Shown here: positions 14,877 through 27,845 of the stretch, piece after piece | How positions within the stretch are numbered: position 1 is the first letter of the stretch | How the letters are laid out: every line of letters begins with the position of its first letter | From: the human T2T-CHM13v2.0 reference genome, Homo sapiens | DNA length: 64,000 nucleotides | Strand: one strand, 5' to 3' | NCBI RefSeq assembly: GCF_009914755.1 | Contig: NC_060928.1 | Made by a program: the position numbers and the translations under genes | Notes under the pieces: model-generated | Databases searched by the model: none | Told to the model about the DNA's origin: nothing | What the model saw: only the letters and a program-made list of their open reading frames with translations

Positions 14877-16493
14877 CTCTAGAAAACTAAAGATTTTTTT
14901 AGAAATGTTGCTATTTTCTACTCTCATTCAAACTCCACACGCTTCATTGACAACACTATTGTCATCATCATAACAATGATGTTAGATATGTTATTTAATT
15001 TTTCACAGCACATAATTTTTACTTCTAAGTTGATTGAAAATACAAAAAAAATTAGAAAAATGTTATGTGAAAAGGAATATAGAATAAGAAAAATGTGCCC
15101 TGATACTCATGGGGCCAGATTAGCCCTTGTGTAAAAAGAGTTTGAGGAGAGGAGGCACAAATCAAGAGATCCGGGCCCTGTTCTCTTTGAAGAAGATTCT
15201 ACTTAGATGTTCGGGTTTAGCACTTTGTTCTTCTAAGTTCTCAGAAACCAAAGAATTTGTGTAGAAATGGTAATTTTACCTGATGTATTACCCAAGAGGC
15301 CTCTTAAGGACAAGGGTAGCCCTCTTTTATGAAGGCAATTTTTGAGAAAAAAAGCCATTGCTTTATATATGGTACATATGGTAAGTAAGAACAATTGAAG
15401 AAGAACTGAACACCACTTATTTAAAAATTGTGTACTTTATTTACAACCACATGAAATATTTTCCAATCACCAAGCCATCTTTAGAAGTTTTCCTTCCTTA
15501 ATCATCAAAATGTCAGTACAAGAAGTTTGGATTTAGTTGTGAGTGACTGGGTGCTGTAAAGTCCACCAAGTAGTGGCATCATAGAGCACCAGGTGGCTCC
15601 CTAAACAGTGAGACCTGGGCACAGGTGTCAATCCCCAGAGATTCTGTCATCTAAGTCATGAGGTCATCTAAGTCATGAGCATCCACATGGAACATACAGC
15701 TATGCAGTTACTGGCAAATAAAACAAAATACCGACTGTGTCTCCTACAGTGAGATCAAAGAACTACTCTCCACTTACTCTGCAAACTTGCCTTGGTACCA
15801 TCTCCTTCCGAGATTCAATAATTGATGTTTAATATGTGCTATTTAGTTCTGCTTTATTATTAAGAATTCCTTGAATGAGATGAATGAAAAGAATATTAAT
15901 CTACTTCAATCTAGAAAAAAAAATCCTCATATCCATAAAATGAAATTAATGATTTCCAGAAGCAAATAATTTCTGTGATGATGTTCTCAGAAGAATTAAG
16001 GTGCTATCTGGTGCCCTGCTTGGATCGTTAGCCTAATGGGACTGATCAATCAGAAGGATAATGGCTAGATGGATATTTTTGTTGTTTTATTTTTAATGAA
16101 TAAGAGATACTTATATTCATTAAAATTAGAAAAAAGATAATGAATCACCTCAAATTACAGAATTTCCATATTTCCCAAAAAACTGACAGTGTGTCTGCCA
16201 ATAATAGCCACATACAATATTTATGCAAGCCTGGCTTTCTGTAATGAGAAATTCAACAATTGCCATGGTGATATCTTGGGAGGCAAGGAGGAAATACTGG
16301 TGATAACGGGAGTCTTGAGTGGTGATGGCGGGCAGCATCATACCATCCCCCTTGGGCCTGGGATGCTGCCAAGGTCTGCAGCGTGATGTTTGTCCTCCTC
16401 CATCGTCATCCAAACAAACAGGAAACTTGCTCTACAGAAAGTAATTCTTGCTGTTTTTCTTTATACATTTCTCAAAATATCTTTTAAATACTT

Positions 16494-17170
16494 TGTTACA
16501 GTAGGTAGTCAGGCCTACATGAGCAGGGCAAGAGAGCCCTTCCATCCCAACAGAAATGTCAGGTTACCATTAGATGATGGTCAGGCAGTTGTTAAACTGT
16601 CTCTCTAAAAAAATAATTGGTTACAGCCAGTGCCGTGGAAAGGCAGTCTCCCAGCAGATAGAAACACCTGAAACTGGTGATCAGCTTCCCAGTAAGGTCT
16701 CAGGAGTTGCGCAAGTGGGCTCAAGCATGCGCATTAAGAGGCAAAATGGCGGAGTTTAACTGGTAGATGACCTTGCACGGACATTTGACTGGTACGGGAA
16801 GAACGCTTCAAATGAGCATACATACAGCTCCGGTAAACACACTGCACGTGTGGCACCTCCAAGAGCGGGCAGGCAACTGCACAGGCAGACAGCCCACCCC
16901 AAGGGCAGAATCAGGGAAGAAGAGACGCAGGACCCCGGAAGCATGCCAACGTCACACCGCGCACTTCATCCCTCAAGTCACCCGCGTGGCCCTCTTGCGA
17001 GTGAGCTTTGCTTCCTTTCGTTCCTGCTCTGAAGCTTTTTAATGAACTTTCACTCCTGCTCCAAAACTTGCCTCGGTTTCTGTGTCTTACGCGCCTCAGT
17101 CGTATTCTTTCTTCTGAGGAGGCTAGGGCTGAGGTTGCCGCAGACCTGCCCCGATTCGCCGCTGCTAAGA
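16494..17170 (+). mobile_element. Solo ERV1 LTR, MER50-like
   Basis: TGTTACAGTAGGTAGTCAGGC start, GCATGCGCATTAAGAGGCAAAATGGCGGAGTTTAACTGG core, GATTCGCCGCTGCTAAGA end; 4-bp flanks ACTT/ATTT. Confidence 0.85.
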
Positions 17171-19308
17171 ATTTCTCAGACTCCAAGTTTCCAGTCTTCC
17201 CTGAGCAGCTCTCTGTGACTTTTTTCTTCCTGCGCTGTCTCGCACTTTACACACAGTTTTCTCTGAGGAACCTTCCTCCTACTAAATGTTCTAAGTTAGT
17301 TTTCCATGATTTTTTTTCTCCTCCTTCTTCCCTTGACTGTTGGGATACAGAAATATTTCACACAAATGATTTCTAATACGATTGAGTAGGAAGGAAATCA
17401 GCTTACTTTAAAAGTCTAGAAGCATTCTTAAGTCTGCTTTTCAATAATCGTCTTTTTTCATATAATACTTTTCTTGCCCTCTTTGGAAACTTTGAGCCTG
17501 AATACAAATTAGAACAACACAAAGTTCAAGTCCTTATGATGGAATTCAAATTTGTATTTTGGCTCAATTAGCTGCTTTCTAGTACATTTAGGATCATAGC
17601 ATTTAGCCCACATTTAGTGGCAAAGGTAGTAACATTAACGTTGGGTTAAGTACAAAACATTAACCAAAAAATCTTGTAGAGAATTGAGATGTTATGACTA
17701 GAAAGAAATTATGAAGATGTTATTTTCAGGGTATACATGGACTTTAACTGGGCACTGATTTTTATCAAGAAGTATTAGCAATTAAATTAACTGTCTTTCA
17801 TGTGTTTAAGAAATCAGTCTTCTATCCATATTATATGAGACAAGAACATGACAAAATATTTTAAAAAGCAAAAGAATGATTATAAAAAATAATGCAGAAA
17901 TAATATTTTTAAAGAAAATATATTTAAAATGCAGTTTTGGGATATTTTACAGCAAGTTACTTCAACCATACCTCTAGTTATACAGAATTTTGTCAAGAAA
18001 CAAATCATATTTTAACATATCTAGTTTGAAGTTTTCCAAATACAAATAAATAAGGCATCTTAAAAGCATGACAATTTATTCTGTCATTACTTAAAGCTTT
18101 TAATTTTGCATACTTAGGGCTAGTAAAGATATAATAAGAAATAGATTGGAAGCAGCTGAACAAACATAGTGTTCATAAATGCATTTGATTTGATATTGAC
18201 GTCAAGCAGTTCTACCAAAGTGATTTAAGAACTTGAGAGATAAGCTAATACGGTGGTCTAAAGGGAGTCTTATCTTGTTCTGTACATATGAGTTCAGAGC
18301 TCTCTATTGAATTCTACTTTTTACCACATCTGATTATTCTTCACGAACCACTGGGAATAGACCAAATTGGGGCCACTGATCCTAATTTAAGTCCTTTCTG
18401 ACCCCTTTCTGAGTCTTCAATTCTTGCTTGCAAAAGAGAGTATTCAAAATGTCCGTATCAAAATAATATTTAGATAAAAGGTGTGAATAATTCATGATAA
18501 AAAATTTGCTTTCTGATTATGTAGGTTATTATATTAACTAAACATGTTTATTTTACCTTTTGATGTGGCTCTATTCTGTTAGCCCTACCACAAAGATGAT
18601 ATTTGTCACAGTGTAACAGTCTATTATATTACCTCTTACAAAGGCATGATATTCTATTGATGTTTAATAGAATAATTTTTAAAGTACAAATAAATGATTT
18701 AATTTATTTAAATAATTTATATTAAATATTAAAATGTATATATATCACAGATATTTTATATGTATATTACCTATATTCAGGCATGCAGTTAGGGAAAGAA
18801 ACGGAGGGAAATTGTTAGTTAAACATGATCTTAAGAATTTCTTCCATATGTGGAAAAGTCATCAGTTCATCTGGCATATAGCAATATATACATATATATA
18901 TACATATATATAGAATGCTATGTATACATTTATCCTACATTCATTTAACATCAAAACATAAAAAAGTTATTTCTTTATTCTCTCTAAGCAAAAACCAGTA
19001 ATAACAGCTCTGTAAATAGACTCTAGACCAACAGATCAAGGGAACAGGTTAAACCCCTTGCTTATTTGTTAGAATTCAAAGAGCCTCACTTTAGCTAATC
19101 TGATTGGGCTAATTTGTGTGTAAATACAGATATGGATAGATAGAACTATATATATATATACAAACAATATATATTTTATGTAATATAAAATACATATAAT
19201 AGATAAATTAGAATCTATTCATTTAACTTACCTGAAACCATATAATCACTCAAATGTGTCTGCATGTCTGTGTGTATCTGTGTATGCATGTGTATGAAAT
19301 GTAGTTTT

Positions 19309-19787
19309 TTAACTTGACATATAATAGATGTAAATATTTTCGGGGTACATGCGATAATGTGTTACATTCGTATAATCAAATAAGGATAATTGGAATATCC
19401 ATCATCTTAAATATTCATCTTTATGTTAGAAACACTAAAGTTATTATCTTCTAGCTGTTTTGAAGTGTACAATAGATTAATGTTAACTATAGCTATCCTA
19501 CTGATACATCAAATACTAGGTCTTATTTCTTCTGTTATAATGCATATTCGTACCCATTAATCAACCTCTCTTTAGCTCCCCTTTCCCCCAACCCTTGGTA
19601 GCCTCTGGTAATCACCAATCTACTTTTTATCTTCATGATATCTTTTTAGCTCCCACATATGAGTGACAGCATTCAATATTTGTCTTGCTGTGCTTGGCTT
19701 ATTTCACTTAACATAATGGCATCCAGTTCTATTCATGTTACTGCAAATGACAGAACTTCATTCTGTTTTATGGATGAATAATACTCC

Positions 19788-19822
<35 letters not shown>

Positions 19823-21263
19823 CACATTTTCTTTATCCATTCATCCAATGATGGACACTTAGGTTGATTCCATATCTTGGCTATTGTGAATAGTGGTGCA
19901 GTAAATACAGGAGTGCAGATGTCTCTTCGATATACTAATTTCCTTTCTTTTGAGTATATACCCAGTAGTGGCATTGCTGGATCATATGGTAGTTCTATTT
20001 TTAGTTTGTTTAGGAACCTCCATACTGTTCTCCATAGTGGTGTTATTAATTTACATTTCCACGAACAGCATATGGGGGTTCCCCTTTCTCCACATCCTCA
20101 CCAACATTTATTATTACCTGTCTTTTTGATAAAAGTTATTTTAGCTAGAGTAACTCCTTGTAGTTTTGATTTGCAATTCTCTGACGGTGAGTGATGTTGA
20201 GTATTTTTTCATATACCTGTTGATCATTTGCATGTCTTGTTTTAAGAAATGTCTATTCAAATCTTTTGCCCATTTTAAAAATCAGATTATTTATTTTCTT
20301 GCTATTGAGTTGTTTGAGCTCCTATATTCTGGTTATTAATTCCTGTCAGATTGATAGTTTGTAAATATTTTCTCCCACTCTGTGGGTTGTCTCTTCACTT
20401 TTTTTATTGTTTCCTTTGCCGTGCAGAAGTTTTTAGCTTAATGTTATCTGATTTGTCTATTTTTGCTTTGGTTGCCTGTGTTTTTTGAAATCTTACACAC
20501 AAAATATTTTTCCAGACCTATGTTCTGTAGCATTTCCCCATGTTTTTCTCAGTAGTTATATGGTTTCAGATATTAAATTTAAGTCTTCAATCCATTTTAA
20601 TTTGATTTTTGCATATGGCAAGGGCTAAGAGTCTAGTTTCGTTCTTCTGCGTATGGATATCCAGTTTTCCCAGGTCCGTTTATTGAAAAGACTCATCTTT
20701 CCCCATTGTGTCTTCTTGGCACCATTGTCAAAAATGGGTTGGCTGTAAATATGTGGATTTATATTTGGGTTCTCTATTCTGTTCTGTTGATCTATATGTC
20801 TGCTTTTATGCCAGTATTACACTGATTTGGTTACTACAACTTTGTGGTATATTTTGAAGTCAAATTGTGTGATGCCTTCAGTTTCGTTCTTTTGTAGTTC
20901 CATATAAATTTTAGGATAGTTTTTTCTAGTTTTTTGAAGAGTGTCATTGGTATTTTCATGGGGGTTCCATTGAATCTACATTTTAGGGTAGTGTTGTCAT
21001 TTTATCAATACTAATTCTTTCAGTGCAAAAGCATGACATATCCTTTCATTATTTTGTGTCCTCTGCAGTGTCTTTTATCAGCGTTTGATAGTTTTCCTTG
21101 TACAGATCTTTCATATCTTTGGTTAAGTTGATTCCTAGGTATTTTATATTCTTCTTAGCTATTGTAAATGGGATTAGTTTCTTGATTTCTTTTCTAGATT
21201 GTTTGCTGTTGCCACATCTAAATGCTACTTATTTTGGAATGCTGATTTTTATATCCTGCAACT
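19309..21263 (-). mobile_element. 5'-truncated LINE-1, L1MA3/4-like
   Basis: Antisense L1MA 3'UTR (CAAATACTAGGTCTTATT) followed by the ORF2 C-terminal region. Degenerate TSD TGAAATGTAGTTTT (19295-19308) / TGTAATGGAGTTTT (21264-21277). Confidence 0.88.
19790..19820. repeat. (TG)n microsatellite
   Basis: Uninterrupted TG run inside the L1. Confidence 0.95.
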
Positions 21264-21544
21264 TGTAATGGAGTTTTGGTGGTTATGACTATGCATGTCT
21301 TTGAACTGATTTGGTAGTTGAAAGACATATATTTTTAAAACTTCAAAAATTAGAGAATTGATATGGGTAGATATTTAAACTCTACTTCATTAATTCATCT
21401 CATTTTATGAATGTGATAAGATACTAGAAAGCAAGTGGCTTCCAAGGGGCAAAAACTAATAAATTACAGAGACAAGACTTTAGCCTAACTTGTTTAACTT
21501 ACAATAAAGTGGTACTTCTCTACCTCACTTAGAATAAAGCAGTA

Positions 21545-23967
21545 TTGTATCTCCTCCAAAGTCTGTGGTGAAACTTAATTCTCAGCACAACTGTATCAAA
21601 AGGCTGGCCCTTAGGAAATAATCAGACCATGAGGCCTCTGCCCTCATGAAGAAAGGGCTGGAGAGAACTAACTAGCCCTCTTTTGTACTTTTTTGCCTTT
21701 CCCTCCCTTCTGGCATGTGAATATACAGTGTTTGCTCCTCTGGAGAATGCAACATATAAGGCGCCATCCTGGGAGCAAAGACAGGGCCCTCACTAGACCC
21801 TGAACCTGCCAGCCCCTTGATCTTGGACTTCTCTGTTTTCAGAACTATGAGAAATCAATTTCCATTGTTTATAAATTACTCACTCTGTGGTATTTTTTTA
21901 TAACAACACAAAAAAACTAAGACAAATTGGTACCACCAGAAATGGGTGTTGCTATAAAAATACCTCAAAATGTGAAAGTGCCTTTGAAACTGAGTAATGG
22001 GTAGAGCCTGGAAGAATTTGGAGGTGCATGCTAGAAAAAGATTAGATTGCCATGAACAGTGCATTAAGGGTGATTCTGATGGGAGTTCAGAAGAGAAGAG
22101 CTGTAGACAGAGCCTCAATCTTCTTAGATATTACATACATGGTCATGGTGAGAATGCTGGTAGAAATATGGACAGTAAGGCTATTCTGATGTGTTCTTAG
22201 GTGGAGATGAGGAATGTCTTATGGGAAACTGGAAGAAAAGCATCCTAGTTATAAATGGCAAAGAACATGGCTGAATTGTGTCTGTGTCCTAGTGTTTTAT
22301 GAAAGGCACAACTTAGAAGTGATAAGCTGGGACATTTCGTGAACGAAATATCTAACAAAGCATTGAGGTTGTCGTATAGCTTCTCTTGACTGCTTATAGT
22401 AAAGTGCAAGAAAAGAGAAACCTGAAATATGATCAGAGCTGAAATCTATAATCAAAAGGGAAACAGAACTTAAAGATTTGAAAATGTTGGGCACAGCCAG
22501 ATGGTAAAAAATAAAAAAGGCATGTTTGGGAGAAAACACCAAGGGTGTGGCTAAGGGAGCATTTGGTAAAGAGGTTGGTATGGGTAGAAGAAGGCCAGGC
22601 ACTATTCATCAGAACAATGAAATAATCACCCCAAAGCATTTCTGAATTCTTTGTGGCTGCCCTACTCATCATAGGCCCAGCATGCCAGGGCCTTGAGGGT
22701 TGAACTGTTTCGAAAGAAGGGCCCAGTGTGGCCTTACTGACTGGGATTGCCTCAAGTCTATGTTCCTTGCATTTCAGTGCAGTGCTCCTTGGTCTCCCCA
22801 GCGTGGCTCAAGTGGGCCCAGGTGTGGCTCAGGCTGTTGCCTCAGAGGGCACAAGCAGTGAATGGTGACATCTCCATGGTGCTAAGTCTACAAGCACACA
22901 GATTGCAAGAGCCATGGAGGCATGGATACCTCTACCTAGATTTCAAAGAATGGCTCAGACAGCTGTGGGGCCCAGTGTTTTAAACTTCAAAGGCTACAGT
23001 TTAAAACACTACACTCACAGGCAGGCCCACTGCAGACAGCCCCCCATGAGGGCAATGCCCAGCACAGCCATAGAGTCAAGGCCACCATAGAGAGCTCCCA
23101 TTAGGGCAATGTCTGGTGGAGCTGTGGGGATGGGGTCATCTCCAAGACACCATAACTGTAGAGGCACCAGTAAAGCAACGCCAGCCTGCGAGAGCTGCAG
23201 GCACCTGACTCCATCCCCTGAAAGCTGCTGTGTGGGCTACACCAAGCAAATCAGTGGAGGTGGGGTCCCCCAGTGACTTGGAGGTCCAAACTCTGTTCTA
23301 ATGTGTCCAGCGGGCAGGGCATAGAGTCAAAGATTGAATATTGTTTGACTTGTTGCATTTTGGACTTGCTTAGGATTGTGTTTTGGGAGCATACAACTGT
23401 TTAATGTTACAGGCTCACAGTTGAAGAGCAAATTGAGTCTCACCCATATCTGATCTAGTTGAGATTTGAATTTAGACTTTAAGGTTGAATCTGGCATGAG
23501 TTAAGACTTTGGGGTTATTGGGATGAAATTCATGTGTTTTTTACATAAGAAGGGCACAAATTTGAGGGGAGGGTCAAGAGCAGAATGCAACAGGTTAAAT
23601 GTTTGTGTCTCCTCTAAAATTCATATCGAAACTTAATCCCCAAAGCAACTATATTAAGAATTAGGTCCTTTAGGAGGTGATTAACCTAAGAGGGCTCCAC
23701 TCTCATGAATTAGTGACCTCATACAAAAGCTGAAGATAACTAGCTAGGCCTATTTTTGCCTTTTTGCCTTTTGCCTTTTGCCTTGTGAGTACACAGCACT
23801 GGAGGTGCCATCCTCGAAACAGAAACCAGGACCAAACCAAACACCAAACCTGCTGGTGCCTTGAACTTGAACTTCCCAGCCTCCAGAACAGTGAGAAATA
23901 AATTTCTGTTGCTTAGAAGTTATCCAGTCCAGGTATTTCATTATAGTAGAACAAATGGATTAAGACA
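21545..23967 (+). mobile_element. ERVL-MaLR provirus (MST-family, MSTC-like): LTR ~21545-21924, internal 21925-23585, LTR 23586-23967
   Basis: Two related LTRs both ending TAAGACA with CCTTGA(T/A)CTTG(G/A)ACTT and TGAGAAAT(C/A)AATTTC; internal region starts AATTGGTACC; purine-rich tract precedes the second LTR. Confidence 0.88.
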
Positions 23968-24055
23968 CACTGTAATGCACTGCTTCATAAATGGCATTAT
24001 ATTATCCTATTAATTTTGTTGTTAATTTTGCTCTTTAAAGAAATGATAAAATTGG

Positions 24056-24347
<292 letters not shown>

Positions 24348-24655
24348 TTAGTAGGAAAAATCATTTTAATGAACATGTGATCTTGGAAATTTGCTCTGAA
24401 GCCCTCATATGGCAGCAATATTAAAGCAGATTAAATACTAAGATACGTGTGTGCGTCTGAAATTATTTTTACATAAACTGGTTTCTCTAACTTTACTCAA
24501 GATTATTTTAACTAATTTTAGGCAGAGTAATACCCTAGTTTGAAAATATTTTTAGGCAAGGAAATTGCAAGCCCCCGTTTGGCAATATGCTCTAACACAG
24601 GGCTTCTCAACCCTCACTATCCATGAACCCCCAGCTAAACCACAACATGCATGAG

Positions 24656-24675
24656 CACACACACACACACACACA
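24656..24675. repeat. (CA)n microsatellite
   Basis: CA run seen directly. Confidence 0.9.
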
Positions 24676-25016
24676 TGCACATACAAGTCCTCCAAATCAA
24701 CATGAGAAAAGTCTCTCACATAATTCAAGAATGCTGTTTCACCAACTTCAACCCTCAGTCTGACAACAAGATGTAATAGTAAATGTAGTATATCCGTTTG
24801 AAGCACTTTATAAACTGAAAGAAACTGGACACAAATAAAATGGTTCAACCATCTCTTCGATAATTTTTATAGCCATGGAAAGACACCTCATAGTCACATA
24901 ATCTTAAGCGTGTTCATGGAGCAGCGAGTCAAATGACATTATGTGGCAATAAAGAAGACTTCAGCGCGTTTCCTGACTTTACCAGTGAAAACATCTGACC
25001 TTGAGGAGGGCACTGA

Positions 25017-25385
<369 letters not shown>

Positions 25386-25999
25386 TGAAGCTCATAATAT
25401 GTACCCTTTTAAAACTTTATGTTGAAATGCCTCAAATCAAAATATTATCATATGATGCAGTTTATTCATCCTTATGAGAAGACACCTGATAGGGACTGTC
25501 AAGGGTGACTGTATCAAATGTGCAAGAGATTCGGGGCATTCGCTTATTGCAGTGAATTGCACAAAAGAATTATTTGAAATAAATATAACATGCAATGAAG
25601 TTGTCAATAAGTAGCATAATTTATACTTGCTAGTTCAATGCTGGACACAGATAAAGTGTTTCAAAATACAAATGCCTCACAGAGAAAAGGGAAGTGAATG
25701 AGAAGAAAGGAAATTTATTGAAATGAAAGATAGGAGAAAACAGGAGAAGCACAGAAGTGACAGACAGGAACCTATTGCACATGAGAATGACACTTCACTA
25801 GACAGACCCTTTCAGAATTCAATCACAATGCTAAACTTTCCAAAAGTTCACAAAGTAAAACTTTTGAGTACTAGCAGTGACACAGGTCCTGTTGAAATTT
25901 TCACAGGAAATAGAGGGAACATAAACTGATTAGTTTTTAATCAAGATAAACACATATGTCCACTCTAACTTAGTAATCGCTTATGTTTAACATGTTAAA

Positions 26000-26215
26000 T
26001 ACAATGTATTAAACTTATTATATGCTAGGCACTGTTTTAAGTGTTTAATATCTGTGGTCTCATTTATTGCTGCTAACTGCCTAAGAAAATAGGTAATATC
26101 CCTACTTTAGCTTTGTGGAAACAGATGTTCAAAGCTATTAGTCTCCCATCATAGCAAGTAGCTGAGCCAAGATGCACACGTGGTCCCTACAGTTTAAAAC
26201 ACTACACTCACTTTT
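26000..26215 (-). mobile_element. MIR fragment
   Basis: TATATGCTAGGCACTGTTTTAAGTG...CTCATTTA...GGAAACAGATGTTCAAAG...GCTGAGCCAAGAT. Confidence 0.6.
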
Positions 26216-27199
26216 CTCTTCTGTACTATTGAAGTGATGCTGTCATTATTCACTATTCATTTAATGTCTTTTGCACTTGTTTTAAGATCAGTTCAGGAGT
26301 ATTTCAGTTCAAGTCCCACCATGAAAAGAGAAGCCACACCAGCATTTTAGTAGAGAGAATTGTTTCCAAGGTTATTGTAGACCCGAAAAGGCAAAAAGGG
26401 AGACAGAGGATGGTTAGCTTACATCTCCAGGACTGGAACAAAGGAAAAAGAATGGGCTTATCACCACCTACAACCTCAGAAACTAGGCCCAGCAGAGCTG
26501 TGACCCAGACACCTGAGAAGTGGGCTTTTCTTTGGAGGAGTCAGGGAGAGACCCCACAGAGCTGGGATTCAGATTTCTGAGGGGCGGTGCTACCTCATTG
26601 CTGCTTGTTATCTCCAAGCTGGAGATGATAGGAATGGTTCTGGGAGTGTGGAAGAAAAGGTATGTCAACTACTAAACCGAATGCTGCCGTGGCTGTATTG
26701 ACTTGAGTGCTTCCCTTCTCTCCGCCTGCTGTCTTCCTGTCTCCCACTAGTGACTTGTAGCTGCAGAAGCAGACGGCAAACAGTCCTACAGTTTCCAGCC
26801 CAGCACCACTGAGCAGATATATAAAGGTAGATTTGAGCTATGCAAGTCAGTCAGTTCCATTATTTTATAATTAAGCCATACTTTTTGTTTAATTACTATA
26901 TACTCAATTTATCAGATTTGATTAAATAACCTCTGAGTATTGTCAAAAGATAAATCCACTTCCCAAAGATAAGGATTTGCCACCATGGAGGATATCCCAA
27001 TTTCAGACTACATCTATTTTCCAGGCAAAGTTTCAAATTATTTTCCTCAGGAGACATCAAAAGATGTCTTCAGAGAAAAGACCTGCTGATACTGGCGTTA
27101 GGGGTTACATAAAGAAAAGGGCCAGCTCCTTCCTGAGTTCCCTGGAGTGAGTTCCAGAAAACAACCCAGAGTTTCCAATCAGCGTCTTAGTGTCCAAGG

Positions 27200-27810
27200 A
27201 CCAGCCGATAATGTGAGAAAATATCCCATGATGAAAGAGTAAGTCAGTAATAAAGCAAAATGTGGGGACAGAAAGATAATTCAGGAAGTAGAAAACTGAA
27301 AAAATGAGTATAAATTATCAGAAAAATAAAAACAAACTATTGATAACAACAGGAATGCCATGAAAAATGAACAATTAGAAAACAGTGACAACTAGAACAA
27401 TAAAAAAGTCTTTGAAAATTAAAAAAAAAATGATGGTCAAAATAAAACTTCTAATACAAGAGGAAAAGTTTCAGAAATCTATCAAAAAATAACAAGGAAA
27501 AATACAAGACATGGAGAATCATTGCAAGAAACTCACTTTCTAGAAAAAATGGCATGAGAGTGGGGAGACAGAAAAAAACGCTGGAGAAAAAGTTATAAAA
27601 GCACTAATACAGGAAAATTTCCCCAAACTAAAAGACTTGAGTCCTCAAAATCCTTTTTAATGGCCAGGATGAAAAATGAAAATGTCTTATTTAAGGCATA
27701 TAAAATTAAAAAGCATCAGCACTAAAGAGAAGCATCTAAAATTTTCCATAAAAACCGTAAATCACATACAAAAGAATGAGAATCTGAATAGTGCTGAAGG
27801 ATCAACAGAA

Positions 27811-27845
<35 letters not shown>

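Noticed and set aside
16250-16450. Possible exon upstream of the MER50 LTR (AAA|GTAATT donor-like site at ~16441)
   Set aside because: Weak donor, no clear acceptor and no recognisable coding similarity.
16574-17376. Cluster of overlapping ORFs on both strands
   Set aside because: Explained by the GC-rich, stop-poor MER50-like LTR.
26290-26830. Possible old LTR relic
   Set aside because: GC-richer and vaguely LTR-like, but I could not identify termini or family with enough confidence to list it.
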